Shown: positions 21,324 to 35,182 of the stretch, in pieces | How positions within the stretch are numbered: position 1 is the first letter of the stretch | Layout: every line of letters starts with the position of its first letter | Source of the DNA: Gracilibacteraceae bacterium | GTDB lineage: Bacteria > Bacillota > Desulfitobacteriia > Desulfitobacteriales > Syntrophobotulaceae | Reading direction: 5' to 3' | Assembly: GCA_031270805.1 (NCBI GenBank) | Contig: JAISWK010000089.1 | Location: 18,235 to 82,234 of the forward strand | Length of the DNA: 64,000 bases | Translations under genes and position numbers: made by a program | The notes under the pieces: generated by a model | What the model saw: the letters and a program-made list of their open reading frames with translations, nothing else | What the model was told of the DNA's origin: nothing | The model's database searches: none

Positions 21324-21584
21324 TTGGAAAGAACGCAGCGCAAGACGATCGTCGGCAAGGTCGTCAGTGACAAAATGGATAAAACAATAGTTGTGGCGAT
21401 AGAAACCAAGAAAAGCCATCCGCTGTACAAAAAGACGATGAAATTCACGAAAAAATACAAGGCGCATGACGAATATAACGAAGCGAAAACCGGTGATATC
21501 GTGGAGATAATGGAGATGCGCCATCTGAGCAAGGATAAATATATGCGGCTGGTCAAAGTAGTCGAGAGGGCCGTGGCGCTTTAA
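21324..21584 (+). CDS. rpsQ: 30S ribosomal protein S17
   Basis: TTG start after [31 protein letters not shown]...[23 protein letters not shown]. Confidence 0.92.
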   Translation: MERTQRKTIVGKVVSDKMDKTIVVAIETKKSHPLYKKTMKFTKKYKAHDEYNEAKTGDIVEIMEMRHLSKDKYMRLVKVVERAVAL

Positions 21585-21642
21585 CACATCCTAATCAATA
21601 TGGCGGACAGGCGCGCTTGTTCGCCGGAAACGGGGGATTCCG

Positions 21643-22011
21643 ATGATCCAGGCAGAGACGACTTTAAGGGTCGGTGATAACACCGGCGCGAAAAAACTGC
21701 TCTGTATCCGCGTGATGGGCGGTTCTAAACGGCGCTACGCTTCCATCGGCGACGTAATAGTCGCTGCGGTCAAAGAAGCAACGCCCGGCGGCGTGGTAAA
21801 AAAAGGCGAGGTAGTCAAAGCGGTCGTCGTTCGGACGAAGAAGGAAATCAAGCGGCCGGACGGTTCCTATATCCGCTTCAGCGAAAACGCCGCCGTCATC
21901 ATCAAGGACGATAAAAGCCCGCGGGGGACGCGTATTTTTGGCCCCGTGGCCCGCGAACTCCGGGAAAAGGACTATATGAAAATAGTGTCCCTGGCCCCGG
22001 AAGTCTTATAG
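21643..22011 (+). CDS. rplN: 50S ribosomal protein L14
   Basis: [28 protein letters not shown]... Confidence 0.96.
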   Translation: MIQAETTLRVGDNTGAKKLLCIRVMGGSKRRYASIGDVIVAAVKEATPGGVVKKGEVVKAVVVRTKKEIKRPDGSYIRFSENAAVIIKDDKSPRGTRIFGPVARELREKDYMKIVSLAPEVL

Positions 22012-22033
22012 AAAACGGACGGAGGTGAAGGGA

Positions 22034-22372
22034 ATGTCCGCCGCTCAGAAAATACATGTGAAAACCGGCGATACGGTCATGGTTATATCCGGCAAGGACG
22101 CCGGGAAAAAAGGCCGCGTACTCGCGGTGTACCCGGGTAAAGGCCGCATTGTAATAGAAAAAGTAAATATTGTCAAGAAACACCAAAAACCGACCAAAGA
22201 CCTGCCCCAGGGCGGGATCCTTGATAAGGAAGCTCCGATTGCCAGCTCCAACGTCATGCTCTATTGCACGGAATGCAACTCCGTTACGCGCCGCAGCATG
22301 AAACAAACGGCCGAAGGCAAGGTGCGCGTCTGCAAAAAATGCGGGCACAACTTGCCGGATAAACGCAAATAA
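22034..22372 (+). CDS. rplX: 50S ribosomal protein L24 (Cys4 variant)
   Basis: ATG 8 nt after GGAGG. KOW motif [22 protein letters not shown]-terminal CTEC...CKKC. Confidence 0.92.
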   Translation: MSAAQKIHVKTGDTVMVISGKDAGKKGRVLAVYPGKGRIVIEKVNIVKKHQKPTKDLPQGGILDKEAPIASSNVMLYCTECNSVTRRSMKQTAEGKVRVCKKCGHNLPDKRK

Positions 22373-22395
22373 AAAACGGGAAAGGAGGTGCTTTG

Positions 22396-22941
22396 GTGGC
22401 CCGCTTAAAAGAGTTTTACTACAATGAACTGTCGAAAAATCTGCAGAAGGAATTCGGGTACAAAAACATTATGCAGGCGCCCCGGATGGAAAAGATCGTC
22501 GTCAATGTCGGTTTGGGCGAGGCGATCGCCAATCCGAAAGCAATCGACGGCGCGGTGAGCGATATTATGACCATCACGGGGCAGAAGCCTGTGATCACGA
22601 AAGCCAAGAGGTCCATTGCCGGTTTCAAATTGCGCGCCGGCATGTCCATCGGCGTGAAAGTCACGCTGCGCGGCGAAAGAATGTATGAATTCGCCGATCG
22701 CCTGCTCAATATTGCCTTGCCCCGCGTGCGCGACTTTCAGGGCGTTTCCGCCAAATCATTTGACGGTCGGGGCAATTATACCCTCGGCGTCAGGGAACAG
22801 CTTATTTTTCCCGAAATAAATTACGACAAGATCGATAAGATTCGGGGCATGGATATTGTTTTCGTGACTACGGCCAAAACTGACACTGAGGCGAGGGCGC
22901 TGCTCAAGGGTTTTGGCATGCCGTTCCGCGAGAAAGACTGA
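22396..22941 (+). CDS. rplE: 50S ribosomal protein L5
   Basis: GTG 8 nt after GGAGG gives [39 protein letters not shown]. Confidence 0.93.
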   Translation: MARLKEFYYNELSKNLQKEFGYKNIMQAPRMEKIVVNVGLGEAIANPKAIDGAVSDIMTITGQKPVITKAKRSIAGFKLRAGMSIGVKVTLRGERMYEFADRLLNIALPRVRDFQGVSAKSFDGRGNYTLGVREQLIFPEINYDKIDKIRGMDIVFVTTAKTDTEARALLKGFGMPFREKD

Positions 22942-22952
22942 GGAGGAGCAAG

Positions 22953-23138
22953 ATGGCCAAAACATCAATGATCGTGCGTCAGACCCGCAAACCGAAACAC
23001 GCGGTGCGTTTTCATAACCGCTGTAAAATTTGCGGCCGGCCGCATGCCTATTTGCGCAAGTTCGGCCTTTGCCGCGTTTGCTTCCGGGAATTGGCCTACA
23101 AGGGTGAATTGCCGGGGGTTACGAAGGCCAGTTGGTAA
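22953..23138 (+). CDS. rpsN: 30S ribosomal protein S14, type Z (zinc form)
   Basis: 61 aa with [38 protein letters not shown]. Confidence 0.95.
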   Translation: MAKTSMIVRQTRKPKHAVRFHNRCKICGRPHAYLRKFGLCRVCFRELAYKGELPGVTKASW

Positions 23139-23164
23139 GACGGTGACAGAGAGAAAGGGGGAAA

Positions 23165-23569
23165 ATGGCCGTGTCTATGTCGGATCCTATCGCTGATTTC
23201 CTGACCAGAATCCGCAACGCCGGGATGGTATACCACGACAGGGTGGAAGTACCGGCTTCCGGCATGAAAAAGGCGCTCGCCGACCTGATGAAGCGGGAAG
23301 GTTTCATCCGGGACTATGAATATATTGAGGATAACAAGCAGGGACTTCTTCGTCTTTACCTCAAATACGGCGCGGAACGCAAGAGGGTGATCACCGGCAT
23401 GAAGCGGATCAGCCGCCCCGGATTGCGCGTGTACGCCAAAAAAGATCAATTGCCGAAGGTACTCGGCGGTTTGGGCGTGGCGGTTATCTCCACGTCGAAG
23501 GGTATCATGCCGGATCGCCAGGCGCGCAGGGAAGGTCTGGGCGGCGAAGTAATCTGCTACATTTGGTAA
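23165..23569 (+). CDS. rpsH: 30S ribosomal protein S8
   Basis: [17 protein letters not shown]...GGEVICYIW. Confidence 0.95.
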   Translation: MAVSMSDPIADFLTRIRNAGMVYHDRVEVPASGMKKALADLMKREGFIRDYEYIEDNKQGLLRLYLKYGAERKRVITGMKRISRPGLRVYAKKDQLPKVLGGLGVAVISTSKGIMPDRQARREGLGGEVICYIW

Positions 23570-23581
23570 GGGAGGTTCAGT

Positions 23582-24124
23582 ATGTCCCGCGTAGGAAGAA
23601 AACCGATAGCGATCCCCGCTGAAGTGACGATAGAACGGGCGGGAAACGTTTTTACCGTGACCGGGCCCAAGGGAACGCTCGTGCGCGAATTGCGCCCGGA
23701 AATTGAAATAACCGTTGAGGAAAACCTCGTACACGTTACGCGGGCCAACGACGAGCCGCGTAACCGCTCGCTGCACGGGCTGACCCGAACCCTGCTTTTC
23801 AATATGGTCGAAGGGGTGACGAACGGTTTCCGCAAAAACCTGGAACTCGTGGGCGTCGGCTACCGCGCTTCCATGTCGGGTTCCAACCTTATTCTGACGG
23901 TGGGCAAGTCCCATCCGGTGGAAATGAAACCTCTCGACGGCATCGAAATCGAGGTTCCGGCCCAAAATAAGATCGTCGTCAAGGGTATCGACAAGGAAAA
24001 AGTAGGCGCTTTCGCCGCCAACGTGCGGGAGCAGCGCCCGCCGGAGCCGTATAAGGGTAAGGGGATCAAGTACGAGAACGAAGTGATTCGCCGCAAGGAA
24101 GGCAAAGCCGGAGGGAAAAAATAA
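23582..24124 (+). CDS. rplF: 50S ribosomal protein L6
   Basis: [17 protein letters not shown]...[21 protein letters not shown]. Confidence 0.95.
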   Translation: MSRVGRKPIAIPAEVTIERAGNVFTVTGPKGTLVRELRPEIEITVEENLVHVTRANDEPRNRSLHGLTRTLLFNMVEGVTNGFRKNLELVGVGYRASMSGSNLILTVGKSHPVEMKPLDGIEIEVPAQNKIVVKGIDKEKVGAFAANVREQRPPEPYKGKGIKYENEVIRRKEGKAGGKK

Positions 24125-24166
24125 GATCGGGGCCAAATCTCCGATCGCCTGAAAGGATGGGGCATT

Positions 24167-24535
24167 ATGATTAAGAAAAGCGATCGCCGCGCCTTACGCC
24201 GGCCCAAACACAAAAGCGTGCGGAAAAAAGTCAGCGGGACGCAAAGCAGGCCGCGTCTGGCGGTGTTCCGCAGCCTGAGCCATATCTACGCCCAATTGAT
24301 TGACGATGAGCGCGGCGTTACGCTCGCCGCTTCCTCCTCGCTTGATTCGGCTTTTAAGGAAGCGAACCTTGACGGCGGCAATATTGCCGGCGCCCAAAAA
24401 GTGGGCGAACTCATCGGGCAAAAGGCGCTGGCTCAGGGAATAACAAAAGTGGTGTATGATCGGGGCGGTTTTTTGTACCACGGGCGGGTGGCCGCGTTGG
24501 CTGAAGGCGCCCGGGCAGCCGGACTGGAGTTTTAG
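24167..24535 (+). CDS. rplR: 50S ribosomal protein L18
   Basis: [31 protein letters not shown]...[26 protein letters not shown]. Confidence 0.95.
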   Translation: [122 protein letters not shown]

Positions 24536-24559
24536 ACCGATAGCAAAGGAGGAATACTT

Positions 24560-25144
24560 TTGGCGAGTGATTTTGGCAGAAGAGAACGCGGCGGGCGGGA
24601 CGGCCGGCCGGACGGATCGCGTCCGCGGCGGGATTCCCGGCGGGACGACCGGAGGGAACCGGAAAAACCGGAACTGATTGAGACGGTAGTGGACATTAAC
24701 CGCGTGGCCAAGGTTGTCAAAGGCGGCCGGCGTTTCAGTTTCAGCGTGCTGGTCGTGGTCGGCAACGGCGGCGGTAAGGTAGGGGCCGGTCTGGGCAAGG
24801 CGGCGGAAGTGCCGGAAGCGATCCGCAAAGGCGTGGAAGACGCGAAGAAAAAAATGATTTCCATCCCGATTAAAGGGACGACGATACCGCACCCGATCAT
24901 CGGGCTGTACGGCGCGGGCCAGGTGCTGTTAAAGCCGGCTTCCCGCGGTACCGGCGTTATCGCCGGCGGGGCGGTGCGCGCGGTGCTGGAAGCGGCCGGG
25001 GTAAAGGATATCCTGACGAAATCCATCGGCTCCTCCAACCCGCACAACGTGGTGCACGCGACGATGGAAGGGTTGCGCTCGCTGAAGCGCGAGGATGAAG
25101 TGGCAAAACTCCGCGGTCGCACTGTGGCGGAAATATTGGGTTGA
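24560..25144 (+). CDS. rpsE: 30S ribosomal protein S5 (Arg/Asp-rich N-terminal extension)
   Basis: TTG 7 nt after [54 protein letters not shown]. Confidence 0.93.
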   Translation: MASDFGRRERGGRDGRPDGSRPRRDSRRDDRREPEKPELIETVVDINRVAKVVKGGRRFSFSVLVVVGNGGGKVGAGLGKAAEVPEAIRKGVEDAKKKMISIPIKGTTIPHPIIGLYGAGQVLLKPASRGTGVIAGGAVRAVLEAAGVKDILTKSIGSSNPHNVVHATMEGLRSLKREDEVAKLRGRTVAEILG

Positions 25145-25183
25145 TCCGTCCGCCGCGAGTTATTTTAAGGAAAGGGGTGCGCT

Positions 25184-25632
25184 ATGAAGCTTCATGAATT
25201 AAAACCGGCGCCGGGCTCGAAAAAGCCGCGCAAAAGACTCGGGCGCGGTAACGGTTCCGGACTGGGCAACACGGCCGGCAAAGGGCATAAAGGACAGAAA
25301 GCCCGCTCCGGCGGCGGAGTGCGGCCGGGGTTCGAGGGCGGTCAGATGCCGGTGACGCGACGGCTGCCCAAACGCGGGTTTACGAATATCTTCGGCAAAG
25401 AGTATACGGTGATCAACATTTCCGATCTGGAGGAAAGATTTGAATCCGGCGCGGATATCACGATTGACGCCCTGTTTGAGGTCGGCCTGATCAAAAAGCA
25501 GCGGGACGGAGTAAAATTGCTCGGCAATGGCGAAACGAGCAAATCTTTTACCGTTCGCCTGGACAGAGCCAGTAAAGCCGCAGTAGAGAAGATTACGGCT
25601 GCGGGCGGTACAGTAGAGGCGGGTGGCGCAAG

Positions 25633-25636
<4 letters not shown>
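25184..25636 (+). CDS. rplO: 50S ribosomal protein L15
   Basis: [44 protein letters not shown]. Confidence 0.95.
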
Positions 25637-27577
<1,941 letters not shown>

Positions 27578-27580
27578 GCT

Positions 27581-28327
27581 ATGATTGAGCTGAAAAACAG
27601 GGAGCAAATTCAATTGATGCGCCGAGCCGGCGCCGTGGTGGGCGAGACGCTGGAGATGCTGCGCGGGATGGTGCGGGCCGGCGTGACGACCGGCGAACTG
27701 GATCAAGCGGCCGAGGACTATATCACTAAATGCGGAGCGAAGCCGGCCTTCAAGGGCTATGACGGATTTCCCGCCACGCTCTGCACTTCGATCAATGAAG
27801 AAGTGGTACACGGCCTCCCCGGCGCCCGCAAACTGCGTGAAGGCGATATTATCAGCATAGACTGCGGCGCCTACCTGAACGGGTACTGCGGGGATGCGGC
27901 CGTAACGTTGCCGGTGGGCGATATCGAGCCCGAACGGCAGCAGCTGATTGAAGTCTGCTCCCAGGCGCTGGCGCTGGCGATTGCCCAGGCCGAAACAACA
28001 AAACGTCTTTTTGATATTTCCAGCGCCATACAGGTTTATGTAGAAAAAAACGGTATGTCCGTCGTGCGGGAATATGTGGGACACGGCATCGGCCGGCAAA
28101 TGCACGAAGACCCTAAAGTACCCAACTTTGGCAGACCAGGCAGGGGACCGAGGCTGACGCGGGGGATGGTTCTCGCGATCGAACCGATGGTGAATCTGGG
28201 CGGGTATCAGGTGGAGAAGCTCAGCGATCACTGGACGGTCGTAACGGTGGATCGACGCCCGTCGGCCCATTTCGAGCACACAGTGGCCATTACCGACAAT
28301 GGCCCTGAGATATTGACGAAAGTATAG
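27581..28327 (+). CDS. map: type I methionine aminopeptidase
   Basis: [45 protein letters not shown]. Confidence 0.95.
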   Translation: MIELKNREQIQLMRRAGAVVGETLEMLRGMVRAGVTTGELDQAAEDYITKCGAKPAFKGYDGFPATLCTSINEEVVHGLPGARKLREGDIISIDCGAYLNGYCGDAAVTLPVGDIEPERQQLIEVCSQALALAIAQAETTKRLFDISSAIQVYVEKNGMSVVREYVGHGIGRQMHEDPKVPNFGRPGRGPRLTRGMVLAIEPMVNLGGYQVEKLSDHWTVVTVDRRPSAHFEHTVAITDNGPEILTKV

Positions 28328-28359
28328 GGAACTACCGGCTGCACAAAGGGGGGAAAAGC

Positions 28360-28578
28360 ATGGCCAAAGAAGACGTCATAGAAGTAGAAGGCAAGGTGCT
28401 GGAGCCGTTGCCCAACGCGATGTTCACGGTGGAACTGCCGAACGGGCACAAAGTACTCGCGCATGTATCTGGTAAAATAAGGATGCATTTTATCCGTATT
28501 TTGCCCGGCGATCGGGTCACAGTGGAATTATCGCCTTACGATCTGACGCGCGGACGCATCGTATACAGATTCAAGTAA
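28360..28578 (+). CDS. infA: translation initiation factor IF-1
   Basis: [53 protein letters not shown]. Confidence 0.96.
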   Translation: MAKEDVIEVEGKVLEPLPNAMFTVELPNGHKVLAHVSGKIRMHFIRILPGDRVTVELSPYDLTRGRIVYRFK

Positions 28579-28605
28579 GATGAACGAATTATGAGGTGAT
28601 GATCA

Positions 28606-28719
28606 ATGAAAGTCCGGCCTTCCGTCAAACCGATTTGCGAAAAATGCAAAATAATCAAGCGACACGGTAAAGTTATGGTAATCTGTGAAAATCCCAAGCA
28701 TAAACAGCGTCAGGGATAA
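28606..28719 (+). CDS. rpmJ: 50S ribosomal protein L36 (zinc form); not in ORF track (37 aa)
   Basis: Hand translation gives [37 protein letters not shown]-stop. GAGGTG lies upstream. Confidence 0.93.
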   Translation: MKVRPSVKPICEKCKIIKRHGKVMVICENPKHKQRQG

Positions 28720-28739
28720 AAAAAGGAGGTTTATTCAGT

Positions 28740-29108
28740 ATGGCACGTATCGCCGGTGTGGACATACCGCGAGACAAGAGAGTGGAAATATCTTTGACTT
28801 ATATCTACGGAATAGGCCGGGCCCAGTCGAACAAAATTCTATCCCAGGCCGGGATTAATCCCGATACGCGCGTCAAAGACCTGACGGACGACGAAGTCGG
28901 CCGTATCAGGGAAACAATTGACAAGGCCTACAAGGTAGAGGGCGATCTGCGCCGGGAAGTATCGCTCAATATCAAACGCCTGATGGAGATAGGCTGCTAT
29001 CGCGGTCTGCGGCATCGGCGCGGGCTGCCGGTGCGGGGGCAGAACACCAAAAACAACGCCCGCACGCGTAAGGGCCCGTCGCGCACGGTCGGCGGCCGGA
29101 AAAAGTAA
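28740..29108 (+). CDS. rpsM: 30S ribosomal protein S13
   Basis: [26 protein letters not shown]... Confidence 0.96.
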   Translation: MARIAGVDIPRDKRVEISLTYIYGIGRAQSNKILSQAGINPDTRVKDLTDDEVGRIRETIDKAYKVEGDLRREVSLNIKRLMEIGCYRGLRHRRGLPVRGQNTKNNARTRKGPSRTVGGRKK

Positions 29109-29123
29109 ACAGGGAGGTAAAAC

Positions 29124-29513
29124 ATGGCGCGCAGAGTCGTCCGCACACGGAGAAGAGAGAAAAAGAATATTGAGAGCGGCGTGGCCCATATCAAATCGAC
29201 GTTTAACAACACGATTGTCACGATAACGGATACGGGCGGCAATACCCTCTCCTGGTCCAGCGCCGGCGCCCTCAACTTTAAGGGTTCCCGGAAAAGCACG
29301 CCTTTTGCCGCGCAGATGGCGGCGGAAACGGCGGCGAAGACCGCGATGGAGCACGGGCTGAAAATAGTCGAGTGTTATGTGAAGGGGCCGGGCGCCGGGC
29401 GGGAAGCGGCTATTCGCGCCTTGCAGGCGGCGGGGCTGGAAGTGAGCCTGATTCGCGACGTAACCCCCGTGCCGCATAACGGCTGCCGGCCGCCGAAACG
29501 GAGAAGGGTATAA
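29124..29513 (+). CDS. rpsK: 30S ribosomal protein S11
   Basis: [30 protein letters not shown]...[13 protein letters not shown]. Confidence 0.96.
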   Translation: MARRVVRTRRREKKNIESGVAHIKSTFNNTIVTITDTGGNTLSWSSAGALNFKGSRKSTPFAAQMAAETAAKTAMEHGLKIVECYVKGPGAGREAAIRALQAAGLEVSLIRDVTPVPHNGCRPPKRRRV

Positions 29514-29548
29514 ATGGGTATAAATGAACGCTGCCAGGAGGTGTAAGA

Positions 29549-30184
29549 ATGGCTAAATATACTGACGCTGTTTGTCGGTTGTGCCGGCGGGAAAGCCAGA
29601 AACTGTTCTTAAAAGGTGATCGCTGCTATTCCGGCAAATGCGCGATGGAACGGAAGCGCGGGCAGTTTCCCCCCGGCGCCCACGCGCAGGGCCGGGGCCG
29701 CAAACCGACTGAATACAGTCTGCAGCTCAGGGAGAAACAAAAAGTGCGCCGTATGTACGGCGTTTTGGAGAAACAGTTTCGCAACTATTTTACTACGGCC
29801 AGCCGGCAAAGGGGTATGACGGGCGAGAATCTGCTGCGCCTCTTGGAACGCCGCCTGGATAATGTGGTCTTCCGGCTGGGCTTTGCCGCTTCCCGGGCGG
29901 AAGCGCGCCAGATGGTGACGCACGGGCATATAACCCTTAACGGCAAGCGGGTCGATATTCCGTCTTACCTGGTGGAAGTCGGCGAAGTTATTACCTTCAA
30001 AGAATCGAGCCGGGGCAACAACCGGGTCAAGGAACTGACGGAAGCGCTGCGCGATCGGCAGGCGCCGGCCTGGTTGAGCGTGGATACCGCGAAAGCCAGC
30101 GGCACGGTGCTGGCGCTTCCCAATCGCGAAGATATTCAGGCGCCGATTGAAGAACACCTCATAGTTGAGAAATATTCACGCTGA
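29549..30184 (+). CDS. rpsD: 30S ribosomal protein S4 (zinc-finger form)
   Basis: [36 protein letters not shown]... with an S4 RNA-binding domain. Confidence 0.95.
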   Translation: MAKYTDAVCRLCRRESQKLFLKGDRCYSGKCAMERKRGQFPPGAHAQGRGRKPTEYSLQLREKQKVRRMYGVLEKQFRNYFTTASRQRGMTGENLLRLLERRLDNVVFRLGFAASRAEARQMVTHGHITLNGKRVDIPSYLVEVGEVITFKESSRGNNRVKELTEALRDRQAPAWLSVDTAKASGTVLALPNREDIQAPIEEHLIVEKYSR

Positions 30185-30213
30185 TTAATCTCCCGGAAAG
30201 AAGGTGCAATCGC

Positions 30214-31179
30214 TTGTTGGAACTCAATAACCCCAGTAAAATAACGAATCCCACGATCGAGGTCGTTGAGCGAGCGGAAGACAACACTTACGCGCGGTTC
30301 GTGATCGAGCCGCTGGAACGTGGCTATGGCATCACTCTGGGCAATTCTCTGCGGCGGATACTGTTATCGTCTTTACCCGGCTCGGCGGTGACCTCCGTAA
30401 AAATAGAAGGCGTACTGCATGAGTTTTCCACTATTCCCGGCGTGCTGGAAGACGTGACGGAAATCATTCTGAATATCAAGTCGCTGGCGCTCAAGGGGCA
30501 CACGGACGAGATGCGCTTTCTCCATCTGGAATGTGAGGGCGAAGGGGTGGTGACGGCCGGAGACATCATTGCCGGCTCTGATCTGGATATATTGAACCCT
30601 GATCTGAAAATCGCGACGCTGGATAAGGACGGACGCCTGTTTATTGAGATGACCGTGGAACGTTCGCGCGGATATTTGCCGGCGGAAAAAAATAAAAAGC
30701 CGGAATATGGAATCGGGGTGATTCCGGTAGACGCCATTTTCACGCCTATATATAAAGTGAACTATCAGGTGGAAGACACACGGGTCGGGATGGTCACCGA
30801 TTTCGACCGCCTGACCCTGGATGTCTGGTCCAACGGCAGTATAACGCCGGAGGAAGCCACCGGACTGGCGGCCAAAATACTGACGGATCGCCTGCGGATG
30901 TTCCTCGATTTGTCTGATAATCTGCCGGGAGTGGAGATTAAACCCGACCCGGTGGAGGATGAAAAAGACAAGGTTATGGAGATGACGATTGAGGAGCTTG
31001 ATTTGTCCGTGCGCTCCTATAACTGCCTCAAGCGGGCGGCTATCAACACGGTGGAAGAATTGACCCAAAAGACGCAGGATGATATGATCAAGGTGCGTAA
31101 TCTGGGAAAAAAATCCTTGGAAGAAGTTGAGCACAAATTACAAGATCTGGGGCTGAGTTTTCGCACGACGGAGGACTGA
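30214..31179 (+). CDS. rpoA: DNA-directed RNA polymerase subunit alpha
   Basis: 321 aa. [21 protein letters not shown]-terminal domain [23 protein letters not shown]. Confidence 0.95.
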   Translation: MLELNNPSKITNPTIEVVERAEDNTYARFVIEPLERGYGITLGNSLRRILLSSLPGSAVTSVKIEGVLHEFSTIPGVLEDVTEIILNIKSLALKGHTDEMRFLHLECEGEGVVTAGDIIAGSDLDILNPDLKIATLDKDGRLFIEMTVERSRGYLPAEKNKKPEYGIGVIPVDAIFTPIYKVNYQVEDTRVGMVTDFDRLTLDVWSNGSITPEEATGLAAKILTDRLRMFLDLSDNLPGVEIKPDPVEDEKDKVMEMTIEELDLSVRSYNCLKRAAINTVEELTQKTQDDMIKVRNLGKKSLEEVEHKLQDLGLSFRTTED

Positions 31180-31207
31180 GTAATTCATCGGGAAGGGGGG
31201 AACAGGA

Positions 31208-31552
31208 TTGCCGTATCGTAAATTGGGGGCGAATATGGGCCGGCGCAAGGCGCTGCTGAGAAATATCGTCACTTCTCTGCTGAAGCACGGGCGGATTGAG
31301 ACTACGGAAGCCCGGGCCAAAGAATTGAACGCTTTTGCGGAAAAAATGATAACGCTGGGCAAGAAAGGCGATCTGGCGGCCAGAAGGCAAGCGCTCAGAT
31401 TCTTGCTGGAGGAGGACGTCGTCAAATATCTGTTTGACGAACTGGCGCCGAAATTCAGCGAGAGGCAGGGCGGTTACACGCGTATTATCCGCAAGGGTTT
31501 CCGGCGCGGCGACGCCGCCCAGATGGTTCTTGTGGAGATGGTAGCGGACTGA
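31208..31552 (+). CDS. rplQ: 50S ribosomal protein L17
   Basis: TTG start. [38 protein letters not shown]. Confidence 0.94.
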   Translation: MPYRKLGANMGRRKALLRNIVTSLLKHGRIETTEARAKELNAFAEKMITLGKKGDLAARRQALRFLLEEDVVKYLFDELAPKFSERQGGYTRIIRKGFRRGDAAQMVLVEMVAD

Positions 31553-31555
31553 GGC

Positions 31556-32389
31556 ATGGGCGGGATGGCGCTTGTTCTGTCTTACGACGGAACTGATTAC
31601 CACGGTTTTCAGTACCAGCCGCCGGAACGGGGGCGGACGGTACAGGGTGAAGTGGAGCTGGCCTGGCGGAAATTGTTTCGAGAAGATGTCCGCCTCGTGC
31701 CGGCCGGGCGAACGGATGCCGGTGTTCACGCCGCGGGACAGGTCGTCAGCCTGAAGACGGAGGCCCTGATCCCGGCGGCCAACCTGCCCCGCGCCATGAA
31801 TAACCTCTTGCCGCGGGATATTCGCGTCCTGAAGGCCGAGCGAACGGCGGAGGATTTTAACGCCCGGCGGGACGCGCGCTGGAAACGCTATGATTATTTA
31901 ATCGACAATACGCGGATTCAGGATGTTTTTTGCCGGCTTTACCGGCTGCACGAACCGGTTCCGCTGGCGGCGGAAAATATGCGGCGCGCGGCGGAGTTTT
32001 TTCAGGGGACGCATGATTTTCGCGCCTTTGCCGCAGCCGGCGCCACAGCCCGCCGTTTTGTCCGCACATTGTATCATTGCCGCGTGACGGCGGCGGACGG
32101 ACTGGTTCGCATCGTATGCGTCGGCGACGGGTTTTTGTACAATATGGTGCGTATTATCGCGGGGACGCTCATATCCGTCGGCAAGGGCAAGACGACGCCG
32201 GCGGTCGCCGCGGCCGCGCTGGCGGAGGGCCGTCGGGCCGGCGCCGGCATGACCGTGCATCCGCGGGGCCTGACGCTTACGTATGTCGAGTATGGGGCGC
32301 GGCGGCCCAGCGAGATTTTCCCGGATTTGGCGCCGAACGAGTGGGAAGAGGCGGGTTTTAGAAATGGACAAGGGAGGAAGCAAGGATGA
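31556..32389 (+). CDS. truA: tRNA pseudouridine(38-40) synthase
   Basis: [17 protein letters not shown], catalytic [22 protein letters not shown]. Confidence 0.9.
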   Translation: MGGMALVLSYDGTDYHGFQYQPPERGRTVQGEVELAWRKLFREDVRLVPAGRTDAGVHAAGQVVSLKTEALIPAANLPRAMNNLLPRDIRVLKAERTAEDFNARRDARWKRYDYLIDNTRIQDVFCRLYRLHEPVPLAAENMRRAAEFFQGTHDFRAFAAAGATARRFVRTLYHCRVTAADGLVRIVCVGDGFLYNMVRIIAGTLISVGKGKTTPAVAAAALAEGRRAGAGMTVHPRGLTLTYVEYGARRPSEIFPDLAPNEWEEAGFRNGQGRKQG

Positions 32390-32817
32390 CCACGCAATTT
32401 GCCAAAGCAGGCGAAACGGAGCGCAAATGGTACGTCATAGACGCCGAGGGCATAGCGCTCGGCCGGGTGGCGACGGAAGCGGCCCGTTTGCTGCGCGGCA
32501 AGCATAAACCTATTTATACGCCCAATGTGGACGCGGGGGATTTTGTTATTGTCGTCAACGCGGCGAAGGCGGTTTTGACCGGCAACAAGCCGGAGCAAAA
32601 ACTTTATCGCTGGCATTCCGGGTATCCGGGCGGCCTGAAATCAATGACATATAAAAAACTGATGCTCCAGCGCCCGCAAAGGGCTATGGAACACGCCGTC
32701 AAAGGTATGCTGCCGCATAATAAACTGGGCGCGGCCCTGTATCGGAAACTGAAAGTCTATGCCGGCCCGATCCATCCGCATCAGGCCCAGAAGCCCGAAG
32801 CTTGGATCATGAAGTAA
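32386..32817 (+). CDS. rplM: 50S ribosomal protein L13
   Basis: ATGA overlap with tru[37 protein letters not shown]. Confidence 0.95.
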   Translation: MTTQFAKAGETERKWYVIDAEGIALGRVATEAARLLRGKHKPIYTPNVDAGDFVIVVNAAKAVLTGNKPEQKLYRWHSGYPGGLKSMTYKKLMLQRPQRAMEHAVKGMLPHNKLGAALYRKLKVYAGPIHPHQAQKPEAWIMK

Positions 32818-32828
32818 GGAGGGAAAAA

Positions 32829-33224
32829 ATGGCGATGCAACTGCAATATTACGGCACCGGCCGGCGTAAAAACGCGGTGGCCCGCGTCCGGCTTGTGGCC
32901 GGCGAAGGCCGCTGTACGATCAACGAGCGCGATATGGCGGAGTATTTTGGCAAGAAAACGCTGGAAATGATAGTGCGCCAACCACTGGAAATTACCGAGA
33001 CACTGGGCAAGTATGACGTCCTCGCCCGCGTCCACGGCGGGGGCACGACCGGTCAGGCCGGCGCCTTACGCCTGGGCATCGCCCGCGCGCTGACCAAATC
33101 GGACGAAGCGTTGCGCCCGGCGCTGAAACGGGCGGGATTTCTCACCCGTGATCCGCGCATGAAAGAGCGCCGCAAGTACGGCCTGAAAAAAGCCCGCAAA
33201 GCGCCGCAATTCTCAAAACGCTGA
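32829..33224 (+). CDS. rpsI: 30S ribosomal protein S9
   Basis: ATG after GGAGGG gives [22 protein letters not shown]...[25 protein letters not shown]. Confidence 0.94.
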   Translation: MAMQLQYYGTGRRKNAVARVRLVAGEGRCTINERDMAEYFGKKTLEMIVRQPLEITETLGKYDVLARVHGGGTTGQAGALRLGIARALTKSDEALRPALKRAGFLTRDPRMKERRKYGLKKARKAPQFSKR

Positions 33225-33236
33225 AATTATCGCCAA

Positions 33237-34055
33237 ATGTGTATCGGTATTCTCGACTCGGGTCTGGGTGGACTGACATTGCTGGCGGAGGCGCTGCAGT
33301 TACTGCCTCGGGAGGATTATTATTATTACGCGGATGCCGACCATGTCCCCTACGGTCTGCATTCCCCGGCCGAGGTGCAGGCATACGCGCTGGCCGCGGC
33401 GGATTTTCTGGCCCTCTGCGGCGTGCGGGCTCTGGTCGTGGCTTGCAATACGGCCACCGGCGCGGCCATAGGCCCCTTGCGCCGACGCTTCGCCTTCCCG
33501 GTGCTGGGAATGGAACCGGCAGTCAAACCGGCTCTGGTCGCCAAAAAAAACGGCCGTATCCTCGTGGCGGCGACGCCGCTCACATTGCGCCTGGAAAAAT
33601 ATCACAACTTGGTCGATAGCCTGCACGCCGCAGACGTGGTTGACTCGCTGCCGCTGCCGGAACTCGTGACCTACGCCGAGCGGGGACTGTTCGGCGACGC
33701 GGCGTTGCCCTACTTGCGCGCGGCCAGCGCGGATTTGGATTTGACCCGCTACACGACGGTCGTCCTGGGTTGTACGCATTTTCCTTTTTACCAAGCGCAG
33801 TTCCGCGCTCTCATGCCGGAAGCCGCCGTCATTGACGGCAACGCCGGCACCGTGCGCCACTTGGCCGGGACGCTCGCCCAGGCGGGTGGTCTCAAGGGAA
33901 GCGGTGGCGGGGCGGTGCGTTTTTTCCGTTCCGGCCGAGAGGAAATAGGCACCCCTTACCGCAGTCTGCTGGAACGCGCGCTGGCCTGGCAAATTGAATC
34001 CCAGTCCGCTCAAGCGCCGGTGAGATCAGTTTCAAAGGTGATCACCGCACAATAG
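33237..34055 (+). CDS. murI: glutamate racemase
   Basis: IGILDSGLGGLT, VVACNTAT and LGCTHFPF catalytic-Cys motifs. Confidence 0.9.
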   Translation: MCIGILDSGLGGLTLLAEALQLLPREDYYYYADADHVPYGLHSPAEVQAYALAAADFLALCGVRALVVACNTATGAAIGPLRRRFAFPVLGMEPAVKPALVAKKNGRILVAATPLTLRLEKYHNLVDSLHAADVVDSLPLPELVTYAERGLFGDAALPYLRAASADLDLTRYTTVVLGCTHFPFYQAQFRALMPEAAVIDGNAGTVRHLAGTLAQAGGLKGSGGGAVRFFRSGREEIGTPYRSLLERALAWQIESQSAQAPVRSVSKVITAQ

Positions 34056-35182
34056 CCGGGATTCTTGGCCCGGAGCGCTTCCGTCAGTTCCCGCTGGACG
34101 TCCGCCCGCCGGGAGGCGGCGGCTCCGTGTGCCAGCACCACGTCGAAAACCACCTTGGTGAGATGGGCGCCCCGAATCAGGCGCAGATCATGTATACCGA
34201 CGACCCCGGGCATCCGGGCTGTCAGATCCGTCAATTCGGCCCGCAGCGCGCGCGTGAGCGGGTCGTCCGTGTCCACGGGATCGGGGTGAATGACCAGGCA
34301 GACGCCCAGACGGGCGCCGGCCTCCAGTTCGATGGCGTCAATTATTTCATGGCAGTGCAGGAATTCGTTTTTCACGTCCAGTTCCGCATGGACGGAAGCG
34401 AGCAGACGGCCCGGCCCGTAGTCATGCACCACGAGATCGTGCAGACCCAGCACTTCGGGCGGAGAAAGAACCAAGGTTCGGATGGCCTCGACCAGAGCAG
34501 GGGCGGGGGCCCGACCCAGTAGCGGGCTGCCGGTTTCCCGGATCAATTTCAGACCGGAGTACATGATGAACAGGGCGACGACGGCCCCCAGCCAGCCGTC
34601 CAGGTTCAGGCCGGTCAGGCGGCCAAGCAAGAAACCGAGCAAGATCTGCCCCGTGGCGGCGACGTCGCTCCGACTGTCCGCTCCGGCGGCGCGCAGAGTG
34701 TCGGAGGCGATGAGATCGGCCAGGCGGTAATAAAAAAAGGTCAGCCATAATTTTGCGGCCAGGGAAAAAATAAGCGCGCCGGCCAGCAGGGGGCTGACGG
34801 CGACCGGTTGCGGACGCAGGATATTTTCTCCCGCGACGAAGAGCAGTTTGCCCCCCAAGAGCAGTATCATGGCGGCGGTGAAAAGTCCGGCCAGGTATTC
34901 GATGCGCGCGTGGCCGTAGGGATGCTCGCGATCGCTCGGCGCGGCGGCAAGTTTGAAGCCGATAAAAGTCACCAGAGAGGCGGCGGCGTCGGTCAGGTTA
35001 TTCAAACCGTCCGCCACTACGGCAATACTGCCGGCCGGCACTCCGACCAGCAGTTTCAGCGCGCAGAGCAGACCGTTGACCCCGATGCCCGTAATGCCGG
35101 CCAGCTGCCCGCAGCGCAGCCGCGCGGCCGGATCGGCGGCGGAAAAACCGGGGCAGAAAAGACGAAGCCATAAAGCGCCCAC
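34010..35182 (-). CDS. cation diffusion facilitator (CDF) family transporter
   Basis: SIAVVADGLNNLTDAAAS...DREHPYGHARIEY plus a C-terminal cytoplasmic domain. Start set at the GTG overlapping the upstream TAG (TAGTG); the track ORF extends to 35269 and the start is uncertain. Confidence 0.75.
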   Translation of the reverse strand: MGALWLRLFCPGFSAADPAARLRCGQLAGITGIGVNGLLCALKLLVGVPAGSIAVVADGLNNLTDAAASLVTFIGFKLAAAPSDREHPYGHARIEYLAGLFTAAMILLLGGKLLFVAGENILRPQPVAVSPLLAGALIFSLAAKLWLTFFYYRLADLIASDTLRAAGADSRSDVAATGQILLGFLLGRLTGLNLDGWLGAVVALFIMYSGLKLIRETGSPLLGRAPAPALVEAIRTLVLSPPEVLGLHDLVVHDYGPGRLLASVHAELDVKNEFLHCHEIIDAIELEAGARLGVCLVIHPDPVDTDDPLTRALRAELTDLTARMPGVVGIHDLRLIRGAHLTKVVFDVVLAHGAAASRRADVQRELTEALRAKNPGYCAVITFETDLTGA

